Translations under genes and position numbers: made by a program
Part shown: positions 53,824 to 64,000 of the stretch, piece after piece
How the letters are laid out: each line of letters starts with the position of its first letter
Numbering within the stretch: the first letter of the stretch is position 1
The notes under the pieces: generated by a model
Told to the model about the DNA's origin: nothing
Seen by the model: only the letters and a program-made list of their open reading frames with translations
Databases searched by the model: none
Origin: Dictyostelium discoideum
Taxonomy: Eukaryota
Direction: 5' to 3'
Length of the DNA: 64,000 nucleotides
Assembly: GCA_000004695.1 (NCBI GenBank)
Contig: CM000152.2
Location: 5,120,001-5,184,000, forward strand

Positions 53824-54956
53824 CACTTGTTTTATATTTACTGAGTCTTTTTTTTTATAAATAGTTTTTCAGAAATATCAAGATCAGCGCTCTACAATTT
53901 ACTATCCTACACTTATTTTATATTTACTAACTCTTTATCTTTATTAATAGTTTTGCAGGAATATCAAGATCAGCTACAATTTGTATTGCATATATTATGA
54001 GAAAATTAAATATTTCATTTGAAGATGCCCATGGTTTAGTATCTGATGCTAGGCCAATCATTTACCCAAATGAATCATTTATCAAACAATTAAAGAAATA
54101 TGGTATGATATTATTATTAATTTTTTATTATTATTATTATTAATTTTATTACCATTACTAATCGGATTTCATTATTTTAGAATTAATTTTAAAGAAAAAT
54201 AGAGAAAATCCTCAAATTGTAGAAAAAGAAAGTGAAGAAGAGGATGATGATGAAGATGATGATGACGATGATTATGATAGTGATGAGGATGATGATGATG
54301 ATAGTGAAGATGATGACTTTGAAGAGGAGTTTGATAATGTAGTTAAAAAGAAGAATAATAATAATAAAAAAGTTAATGTTAAAAATACAACCAAAGTTTT
54401 TTCAAATATTTCAATTTCATCTGAACAAACTACCACTTCAACCACTACAGTACCAACACCAACACTAAACCCAGAAACAAAAATAGAAGAAACTACAACA
54501 ACAACAACAGCAACAGCAACAGCAACATTAGTAGAGGAAGTAGTAGAATCAACATCACCAAAAGCAACATTAGGTGAACATAGATACAGTTGTAGAAAAT
54601 GTTCTAAAGATTTATTTTTAGATTTTGATATTTTAGATCATGAACAAGGTCAAGGTCAAACATCATTTAAATGGAATAAAAGAGATAATACCACTTGTAA
54701 TAAGAGTGTGGGTGCAAATGGTGAACAAATTGAAGATCAAAATAAAGTTATTTGTACCTCTTATTTTATTAGTGAAATTGAATTTTCACTCTCTCAAACT
54801 TATTCAGGTATGGAAGGTAAATTATTTTGTCCATCTTGTAATGAAAAATTAGGTTCTTGGTCTTGGAGTGGTGAACAATGTTCTTGTGGTGCTTGGATCG
54901 CTCCAAGTTTTCAAATTCCAAAAACAAGAGTTGATGAAAAGAAAGTTCTCAAATAA
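53395..54956 (+). CDS. dual-specificity phosphatase DUSP12/YVH1-like (DSP domain + C-terminal Cys/His zinc-binding domain); 3 exons (53395-53651, 53951-54102, 54181-54956)
   Basis: Exon 1/2 junction TG|GTATGA...aatag|T restores the P-loop VLVHC-FAGISRSATICIAYIM (HCxxGxxRS). The exon 2/3 junction is TATG|GTATGA..ttttag|AA. The acidic linker is followed by C..C......C..C...C.C, characteristic of YVH1 (RYSCRKCSKDLF...LFCPSCNEKLGSWSWSGEQCSCGAWIAPSFQI). Confidence 0.8.
53711..53991. repeat. inverted + direct triplication of the DUSP12 intron-1/exon-2 junction around an (ATT)10 spacer
   Basis: L arm 53711-53789. Its reverse complement is about 90% identical to R2 53909-53991, which holds the real acceptor plus the first ~40 nt of exon 2. 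R1 53824-53901 is a diverged direct copy. (ATT)10 lies at 53790-53820. Confidence 0.7.
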
Positions 54957-55011
54957 AAATATTTAAATATCTTAATTAATTTTATTTATTTAATCAAACT
55001 ATTTTGTTTTT

Positions 55012-55055
<44 letters not shown>

Positions 55056-55140
55056 AGATATTTTCATTTTTTTTCATTTTTTTTTGAATTTTTCATTTTT
55101 TTTATTTTCAATTTGGACATACATAATTTTATTTTTAAAA

Positions 55141-55752
55141 ATGAATATTATAAAAAATAAAAATTTATTTAAAAAAACAATATTTAAAAATAATTTAATA
55201 ATAAAAAGGTTTTATTGTTGTGATAATAATAATAATAATAATAATGAAATTAAAAAAGTTTATTTTATAAAAGATGAAAATAATACTGATGTAAAGAAAA
55301 TGATTAAAATTGGTGATATTGATGAATTTACAAAAAAGATTACTTCAAACGATGTAAAATTATTTTCAGAAATATGTGGTGATGCAAATCCAATTCATTT
55401 AGATGAATCATATTCAAAGAAAACTAGATATGGTAAATGTATTGTTCATGGTGCATTAGTTGCATCTTTAATTCCATCAGTAGTTTCAAAAGCAATGCCT
55501 GGTTGTATTTATATACATGAAGAAGTTAATTTCACAAAACCAACATTTGTTAATGATATAGTTAAGGCTGAAACTAAAATAATTGATATAACTGGTAAAA
55601 AAATAACTTTTTCAACTCAATGTACTGTTATTTCAAATGATAATGATAATATTAATAATGTTGTCATTAAAGGTACTTCAATAATACATCACCCAAATTT
55701 AATTTCAAAAAGAATTGATAAAATCACCACTAATATTAATGAAAAAGAATAA
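55141..55752 (+). CDS. MaoC-like (R)-specific enoyl-CoA hydratase / hydroxyacyl-thioester dehydratase (hotdog fold), probably mitochondrial
   Basis: Hotdog/MaoC signature: FSEICGDANPIHLDESYSKKTRYGKCIVHGALVASLI. The N-terminus MNIIKNKNLFKKTIFKNNLIIKRF is basic and presequence-like. The ORF-track start at 55084 is a TTG in the same frame; the ATG at 55141 is preferred. Confidence 0.75.
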   Translation: MNIIKNKNLFKKTIFKNNLIIKRFYCCDNNNNNNNEIKKVYFIKDENNTDVKKMIKIGDIDEFTKKITSNDVKLFSEICGDANPIHLDESYSKKTRYGKCIVHGALVASLIPSVVSKAMPGCIYIHEEVNFTKPTFVNDIVKAETKIIDITGKKITFSTQCTVISNDNDNINNVVIKGTSIIHHPNLISKRIDKITTNINEKE

Positions 55753-56236
55753 AAAATAAATTAAAAAAAATCATTGTTGTACAACAATTAAAATAACATT
55801 AACAACCATTACAATTAATTATAAATCAATACTCAATATAAATATCAATATAATTGAAATAAGAAAAAAAAAAAAAAAAAAAAAAAAAATCATTGTTTTC
55901 CAAGTTTTTGTTTTTTATTTTTTTATTTTTTGGATTCTTTCACACAGTCATGTAAAAAAAATTTTCAAAATTACCCACTTAACCACACTCACACATTCAC
56001 AAATTCACACACTCCCAAACACACTTAAAAAAAAAAATAAAAAAAAAAAAAAAAATAAAAAAAAAATAAAAAAAATAAAAAAATAAAAAATAAAAACAAA
56101 TGATTTAATTCTATCATTAATACATTAATATGTTGTATTGCTATCTAACTTCTTTTAATATAAAATAAAAATAAAAAAACAATAATTTTTTATTTTTATC
56201 AACCAAAATTAAAAAAAAGATAAAAATAAAAATAAA

Positions 56237-56271
<35 letters not shown>

Positions 56272-56360
56272 TAAAAATAGAATTTAAAAAAAAAAAAAAA
56301 AAAAAAAAAATAATAATAATAATAATAATAATAATTCACAATTACATATAAATTTATATT

Positions 56361-57301
56361 ATGGTTAAAAATCAAATATTTTCATTAAAATCATTGTGGT
56401 CATCTTCAATTTTCAAAATTTTGTATTGTTATTTGTTTACATCATTATTATTGATACTATCGACTTGGGTATCTGTTAATGATGGATTATCAGTTAGAGA
56501 GCATATTATATTATTAAGATTATATTTCGATACTAATGGTACAACATGGTATCATAATCAAGGTTGGAAAGAGTATGCAGATTGCATACTAGCAGCAGAT
56601 GGCTCAGTTAGAAAGGCTTTAGAGTCAATTGATCCTCTCACCGGTCAAATACCACAATATTTATGGGCTGATCATTTTAGTCAATTGGATAATAATAAAA
56701 CATTATATAAAATAATTCATAATCAAATTCAAGGTCATAAAGTTGTAATTTGTAATGCATTTGGTATAACTTGTGAAGATAGAATTAACTTAACTGGAAT
56801 GTAAGCTTTAATAAATATATTATTATTATTATTATTTTCTAATTTATTCTAATTTAAATTTAATTTTACTAAATTTAGAGATTTATCAAATAATAATTTA
56901 AAAGGTAATATTACACCTTATTTACCTTATTTATTACATTTAAGGAATTTAAATCTTTCAAATAATCATTTATCAGGATGTTTCCCAGATGGATTATTAA
57001 AAGCTCAAAGTTTAGTAGCATTAGATCTTTCATATAATAATATTAGTTGTACATTATCATTAGCAGATTCAAAAGCAATTTCATATATGTATGATATATA
57101 AATATATTTTTTTTAAAAAAAATTCACATAAACTTTTATAGTAATAATTTAAATTCTAATTAATTCTATTTTTATTCAATCCTATTAATAGTGATATTAG
57201 TCATAATCATTTAACAGGTTACTTTAAAAATGTTTGGAAAACCCCAAATTTATTATTTTTGTAAATATTAATATTATTATTTTTTTTTTTTTAATAGTAA
57301 T

Positions 57302-57335
<34 letters not shown>

Positions 57336-59460
57336 CAACCAAATTTGATATTTATATAAATATTAATATATCTATTTTAATATTTATACTATTAATAGGG
57401 ATTTATCATTTAATAAATTATATGGTACAATATTAAAAGAATTTTTTAGGCAAAAATCTTTAGATTATGTTAATCTTAGTTCAAATCAATTAATTGGATT
57501 TTTACCAATTTTATCAAAATCGAGAATTTCTTATTTGTAAATACTTTTTTTTTTTAAAATTTAATTTATTTAATAATTTTGTAAATTTATTTAATAATTT
57601 TGTAAATTTATTTAATAACATGTAATCTTTTTTTTTTTTTTATATTTAATAAATAGAAATATAAGTAATAATAGATTAATTGGTAATATAACATTATTAA
57701 CATGTTGGAAAGCAGGATCATTAAGAATTTTTGATGCAGAAAATAATATGTTTGAAGGGGCATTACCAGAGAGTATATTTGATCATTCACCATTACAATA
57801 TGTTAATTTAAAGGGTAATATTGTAAAGGATCCATTACCATCAATTTTAGATTGTGCAAAGAGTGAAGTTAAAATAATAGTACCAGATGGATTGAAACAA
57901 AATAAATGTGATCCAAAAGTTTCAAGTAATTGGGTACTAATTTTGAATCCATTAGGTGAAGAATTTAATATAGTTGGTAGTGATTTTGGAATTAATAGTA
58001 AATCAATTAATATTCAATTTCAAAATGGGTTACATTGTGTTGATAATGTAACGACCATAATTAAATCCAATACTATTATCTCTTGTAAAAATCCTCAAGG
58101 TAGGAATAGCACCTATTTAAAGCTAACCATACCAACTGGTGAGCCTGGTAATTTCACTGTTATTAAACAACAACTCTACTACTATAGACCAATTATTAAA
58201 AGTTGCTCAAAAGTTTATAAAAACATTGGTGGTGAAATAACTATACTTGGTAGTCATTTAGAAAGTTTTAATAAAACAAGTAATGGCAAGAAAATGATAA
58301 CAGTTTCAATTGGTAATATTAAAAATAGTTTTACAAATGTTACCTCTAGTATCAATAGTGATGGTTTCAGTGGAGAGGTTATAAGTTGTCGTAATGCTGA
58401 TATAATTACACCCGATATGATAACCTGCTCAATACCATCCAACACTAATTTACAACAACCTGCTGAAATTCAAATTATAATCGATGGTATAACTGCATAC
58501 GTTCCAATAGATTCAACCAGACCACATTTCCTCTATAAAGGTGTTTACAATAAAGATATCACAATATCTAAACCAACAGAATACAATCAAACCATAACTA
58601 TATCAGTACCAAATGAAACTATAATAGATATGGATCAAGTTGTACGGGTTTTAATTGATGATAATGATGATTCAATTTGTAAGAATATTCAACATATTAA
58701 TAAAACTTCAATTCAATGTTTACCTTATAGTGAAACTTGTGGTTCAAATGTTAAAGTTACACTTGTAACAAAATATGGTGAACCTCAATTTACAACCTCT
58801 TTAAATTATCCACCACCAATCATTACTCGTGTAACTCAAGGTATTGATTCAACCTCAAATTCAATTATAACAATTAATGGTAAATTTTTAAAAACTGGTG
58901 GAAAACGTAATCTTTCAATTAAAATTAATGATACAATTTGTTGTCCACTTTATAATGAATATTATTATAAACAAGATGAATTAGATGATGATAACAATAA
59001 CAATAATAATAATAATAATAATTCAACAACAGATATAAATAATAATAATAATATTATTAAAAATAATAATTTAATTAAAGAAGAACAAATATTATGTTAT
59101 TATCAAATAAATCAATCATTACCAATTCATTTAAATTTACCAGTTACTTTAACATTATCAAATCAAACTGTTGTTAAAAATAATATTTATTCTCAAACAA
59201 ATTCAACATGTCCAAATAATTGTGTTAAACACAGAACCAATGGTTGTAGATCAGGAATTTGTGAATGTTATCCAAATTTAACAGGTCCATCTTGTGATGA
59301 AAATATACCAGAATCAACAATATCAAATTTTTCAAATTATTTACCAGATTTTATTTTATCATTTCCAAAATTCATTACAAATAATACATTTAATATTAAA
59401 TTTTTATCAATTTCTGAAGTAAATGAATCTGGAAATATAGTTGATAGATTTTGTAGCTTA

Positions 59461-59521
<61 letters not shown>

Positions 59522-60483
59522 ATAGTAATAATGAAAAAGAAGTAGTAGAAGATGAAGAAGAAGATTTAGATTACAGTAGTCAAAATGATAATAATAATAT
59601 TAATAATAATAATAATGAAAATAATAATGAAAATAAATTAAATTGGAAATTAATAAATCAAACTAAAACAACAAATGCATTATATACATTGAAAATTAAG
59701 AAAAAGAATGTTACATTAGATATATTAATTTCAAGTGATAATAATCAACATAGAGAAGTTTATTTCGCTGGAGAAGTTATTCAAGTTCCAAAGAGTTCAA
59801 TAGAGTTAATAGTGAATTTAAAGGGTAAATGGCTATTTAAAGATCCAAAGAATCAGTTGAAATTTAATTTTTTAGTTAAACCAGTTAATGATCATGATTA
59901 TTCATTATGTTTACCTTCACCATTTGTTTTAATATCTGATGAACCATTTCGTTGGATAACTATGGATGTTGATTCTTCAACTATTTTCGCTAAACCTTCA
60001 AATAGATTCTTATTAAATAATTATTTAGTAAGAGTGATTGAACCAAATTATAAATTAAGTGATTCAAATTTAACTTTAAATTTATATTATCAATTCAATC
60101 AAACAACTTTAAAACAACAAGATAACCATGGTGATGATAATAGTGACAATTCAATCAAGTATACTGAAGATAGTTTAAAATTTAGAATTGATTTCTCAAC
60201 ATTTAATTCAAGACGTGAAATTAATCCAAAACCAAGAGGTTGTTTTAAAGATAATACTCATAAATTCCCTTATGACTATTATATAGTTTTCTTTGGTTGT
60301 GCTTCTGGTTTAATTTTGGTTTTAGTAATTTGTATTGTACAATGTTCAAGAATTGAATCAAGACAAAGAAAACAAATCATTAAATCATTCAAAGCAACTC
60401 AAAAAATGCCTGTTGAAATTAAAACTCCATTATTACCTCCAAGTTTTCATTTTAATTTTCTAGATTATAATAATATGGATTTA

Positions 60484-60582
<99 letters not shown>

Positions 60583-60936
60583 TTTAATGATGGTAGTGAT
60601 ACTTTTAATAATAATAATAAGAAGAATTTAAATTATGAAGATAATTGTGATACTGTTGGATTTGATGGTAAAGAAAATGATATAAAAAATATTAACAACA
60701 AAAAAGATGAAAAAGAAGATGATGGTGATGATGATGACGATGAAGATGATGATGAATATGAAGATGACACACAACCATGTAGTAGTGGAAATAGTAGTAG
60801 AAGTAAAGGTAGTGATGGTGGTAGTAGTAGTAATAGTTTAAGTAGTGATAAACAAAGTTTCAATAATGGAAATGAAAATAATTCAATTATACCAGAAAAT
60901 AAAAAAAAACATTTAACAATAATAAATAAAAAATAA
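56361..60936 (+). CDS. type-I membrane protein: LRRNT cap + LRRs + IPT/TIG-like repeats + EGF-like module + TM + poly-Asn/acidic tail; 5 exons (56361-56800, 56879-57088, 57192-57260, 57399-57536, 57657-60936), ~1378 aa
   Basis: Every junction is phase 2:
- ..INLTG-AT|GTAAGC..tttag|A-GATTTATCAAATAATAATTTAAAAGG (IDLSNNNLKGNITPYL)
- ..AISY-AT|GTATGA..aatag|T-GATATTAGTCATAAT (DISHNHLTGYF)
- ..LLF-TT|GTAAAT..aatag|G-GATTTATCATTTAATAAATTATATGG (LDLSFNKLYG)
- ..ISY-TT|GTAAAT..aatag|A-AATATAAGTAATAATAGATTAATTGG

The last junction is in frame with ORF-track ORF 57748-60936. IPT-like segments include PIITRVTQGIDSTSNSIITINGKFL. The EGF-like module is CPNNCVKHRTNGCRSGICECYPNLTGPSCDE. The TM helix is YYIVFFGCASGLILVLVICIV. 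Confidence 0.65.
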
Positions 60937-61088
60937 TAATTCAGAATAGTAATAATAAATGTTATATTAAAATAAACTTTTTTTAAAAATAAATAAAATA
61001 AAATTAAAATAATATGTTACTTTGGTAATTGTTAAATAATATAATTTTATTACAAATTTAAATATTCCTTATTATTATTATTATTTAA

Positions 61089-63302
61089 TTATATAATAAT
61101 TGAAGCAATAATTAAAAATATAAATGAAATGAGTGATACATTAAGTATAGAAGATGAGGAAGGATGATTTGATGAGTCATCAGTTGAGGAGGATTTAGAT
61201 GAAGTTGTTTGAGAACTTGATGTTGTTGAACCACCTATTGTTGAACCACTTCCTGAAGTTACTGATGTTGTTGAACCAGCTGTAGTTGAACCAGCTGTAG
61301 TTGGACCAGCTGTAGTTGAACTACCTCCTGAAGAAGAATCTAAATCAAATGTAACATTTTTTGATTGAACACCACCAACATTAATTGATACTGTAAATTT
61401 GTTACCATTTGGAAAATTATTCATTAAAACGGTAGGATAAATTGAACCATTGTATTGATAAGTATATGCTTGTGAAAAAGTATAAACTACACCATCTATG
61501 GTAACATTATTTTTTCCAATAAAATTAAATCCAGAACCAGTAATTAAAAGTTTTGGAGTACCGGTACTATTGTAAGAGAATGATGTAATTATTGGTTCTT
61601 CATATGTATAGTTAAATGAGAGAAATTTATCATTCGTAAATCCAGTTGATTGCTCTCCTCTTCCAATACCCATTGGAACTGGAATAATAAGATATTTATT
61701 TGGTACACCAACTCTCAAATATAATGGATTTTTAATATACCATCCAAAATCAGTACCGTATATTGTTAAAATAGTTGATCCATCTGTTTTTGCAACATAA
61801 TTGAACTGTTTTGTGAAATTGAAAGTGTTACATGTTGTTCCATAATCGGGGAAATTATTACCTTTCCATGGATTGACAGATACATATGTTGGATCGTAAC
61901 CACCAAAATATCTTGTACCAAGACAACTAAAGCATGTTGGGACATCAGAGAAGTCATTATTACCAAAATAAAAATTTCCCATTTCCAAATAACAAAACTC
62001 TTGTGGAACAGTACCTGTGAAATTATTATCATTAATATTTATCTTGAATTTATCTTGATTAAAATTAAAAACCTCCACTGGGAAGGTTTGATGTAATCTA
62101 TTATTGTTTATTGTAATTGCTGAAACATTTTTGAAATCAAATGTTGATATATTAAGGTAACACCAATTCATTATAAATTTTGTGTTTGGTGGTAATTTAA
62201 TACATGGTTTTGTTGTACATCTTATATAATTACAACTCTCCAATGGTGAATAATCTCTATTATCTCCACCAGCGAATACTAAATTAAATTCATCTGCTTT
62301 TACAAATGAAAAATCTAAATAACTTTCTGTGATACTTTTATTAAATCCATTATTCCTAATATTAAGAGTATTTAAATTACTTGAAATATTTATTAAGTTT
62401 GAAGGGAATGGCCAAGTTTGATAAGGGTATGCAAAATTGATATTTCTATCGAAATTCATAAAGTTGATTGAAAACTTTGTTAAGTTATAAAATGGTACAT
62501 TAAAAGTTGGAAAATTAAAATCTGTATAAGATGAATCAAATTTACCATTTTGAATATATAATTCAAGATTATTTAAATTTTTGAATGCTGAACCAATGTT
62601 ACTTGGAAAACCTGAACCTGGTCTAACTGGAATATCCAAATTATTTAATTTTTCATTTACTGGGAAATCAATTGGAAAAGTAGAAGGTAATTCATAACCT
62701 GGTAAACCATTGTAAAGCGAAACATAATAGGCTGGACTTTTAAAAAAATTAACTCCTAATTTTGTACCAATATTCAAAATTTTAATTAGATACATTGTTT
62801 TTGGCATAACTAATAATGAATCTGTATATGTTGAATTAAATGTATCAATATCTCTATTTTATTAATTTTTATATTAGTAAATTATATTATTATTAATAAA
62901 AAAAAAAATAATAATAATAATAAAATAATAATAATAAACTTACAAAACTGTTAAAGATGTTAATTTTGTTAAACTGTCAAATAATTTAGATGGATAAATT
63001 CCTTGACCAAGGGTAATACTTGTAACATTTTCAAAAACAGAGAAATCAATGTCTAAAAAAGCACTTTTGATACCATTTAAAAGTGATAAATTAATCTTTG
63101 TAACTGTATAATTACCAGAACCATCATTTAATGGTGCGCAAGTGAGCCAAGTACATACTGCATTATATGATGGGCCTTTTGTAAGAGCTAGTAATTGAAT
63201 AGCTTCAGAATGTTGTTTTGGTGGAACATTTTGGCAAATTATTTTACCATTAAAATATCCAAAAATTAATAAAATAACAAACAAATAAATAATTTTATTC
63301 AT
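61089..63302 (-). CDS. LRR + IPT/TIG-like surface protein with Ser/Thr-rich stalk and C-terminal hydrophobic (GPI-signal-like) end; 2 exons (63302-62944, 62853-61089), ~707 aa
   Basis: Signal peptide MNKIIYLFVILLIFGYFNG. Donor GTT-TT|GTAAGT, acceptor aaaatag|A (phase 2). This gives ..LTSLTVL-LDIDTFNSTYTDSLLVMPKTMYLIKILNIG... An IPT-like segment is PIITSFSYNSTGTPKLLITGSGFNF. The (TTAGS)n stalk is followed by ..ILNVSLISFIFLIIASIII*. Confidence 0.6.
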
Positions 63303-64000
63303 TCTTTAATAAATAAAATACAATTTTCAATTACTTTTTTTTTTTTTTTTATGTTTTGTTTTTTTGTTTTCTATAGTCTTTGGACATAACTTTTCAAAAA
63401 AAAAAAAAAAAAAAAATCTAGATATTTAAAAAAAAATAAAAAAAAAACCATTTGATTATCATAAAAAAAAAAAAAAAAACCCTTTTCAAATAATAAACAT
63501 ATTTAGGCTTTGGATATTTGATGATCATTAATAAAAAACATAACATCATAGTTGTTCAGTTTTGTGTTGCAAAACACATTGTTGTGAAGTGCTTTATTCA
63601 AAAAAAACAAAATAAAAACAATATAATTTGACACTTTATTTTGATTCATTAAATTTCTTTTTTAAAATAAAAAAAAAATAAAAAAAAAAAATAGAGGTAT
63701 CAATATCAATGGAATTTGAATTTTAAAAAATCCCATTTTAAATTTTTTTTTTTTTTTTTTTTTTTTTTTATTCCCCTTTTATTCATAGATTTATAATTTT
63801 TTTTTTTTTTTTGTTTTATTTAAAGATTTGTAACAGAGATACTTTTTTTTTTTTTGTGTGTAAAGAAAAAATATTTGATGGTTAAAAAAAAAAATAAAAA
63901 AAAAATAAAAAAAAATAAAAAAATAAAAAAATAAAAAAAAAAAATAAAAATAAAAATAAAAATAATCAAGCTTTATCAAAAAAAAATGGCTTGATCAAAA

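Overview
This window is AT-rich (~78% AT) eukaryotic nuclear DNA. It is recognisable as Dictyostelium discoideum from the long (AAT)n/(CAA)n codon repeats encoding poly-Asn and poly-Gln, the short AT-rich GTAAGT...AG introns, and the gene families present. It is dense with protein-coding genes. I resolved about 20 gene models by joining ORF-track pieces across introns. Several long anti-sense or poly-N/poly-I ORFs in the track are artefacts and are listed as rejected.

Gene models:
- two paralogous alpha/beta-hydrolases (1103-2056 and 32552-33667) that flank the tra1 locus
- a BRCT-domain protein
- a ZIP zinc transporter
- a tRNA-Arg(UCU)
- a 1746-aa membrane glycoprotein
- a DEAD-box helicase with an RGG tail
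- a C2/WW/IQ protein
- the giant TRRAP/Tra1 gene (~14 kb, including a ~10-kb single exon)
- an EGF-like membrane protein
- a 5-exon LRR / Cys-rich / 9-TM receptor-like protein
- dyskerin/Cbf5
- a Ser/Thr-rich membrane protein
- an Argonaute/Piwi gene with a low-complexity N-terminal extension
- a truncated Argonaute (N-terminal/PAZ) duplicate
- a small secreted Cys peptide
- a DUSP12/YVH1 phosphatase
- a MaoC-like hotdog dehydratase
- a convergent pair of LRR plus IPT/TIG surface proteins

Observations for a second look:
- a -1 frame break inside a duplicated 20-nt Thr-codon repeat separates the FATC/kinase-like C-terminus of tra1
- the Argonaute locus looks damaged: an in-frame TAA in its repeat array, and a frame shift where the first catalytic-Asp segment of the Piwi domain is missing; a partial duplicate lies downstream
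- the DUSP12 intron contains an inverted copy and a direct copy of its own 3' splice site plus the P-loop exon start, predicting a ~75-bp dsRNA stem over the acceptor
- a nested perfect hairpin (4301-4407), a GC-rich non-coding patch (2205-2345), and a 27-bp inverted-repeat-bounded ~250-bp element (14726-14977)
- a 100-N assembly gap truncates the Argonaute upstream region

Coordinates of splice sites were derived by hand and may be off by 1-2 nt.
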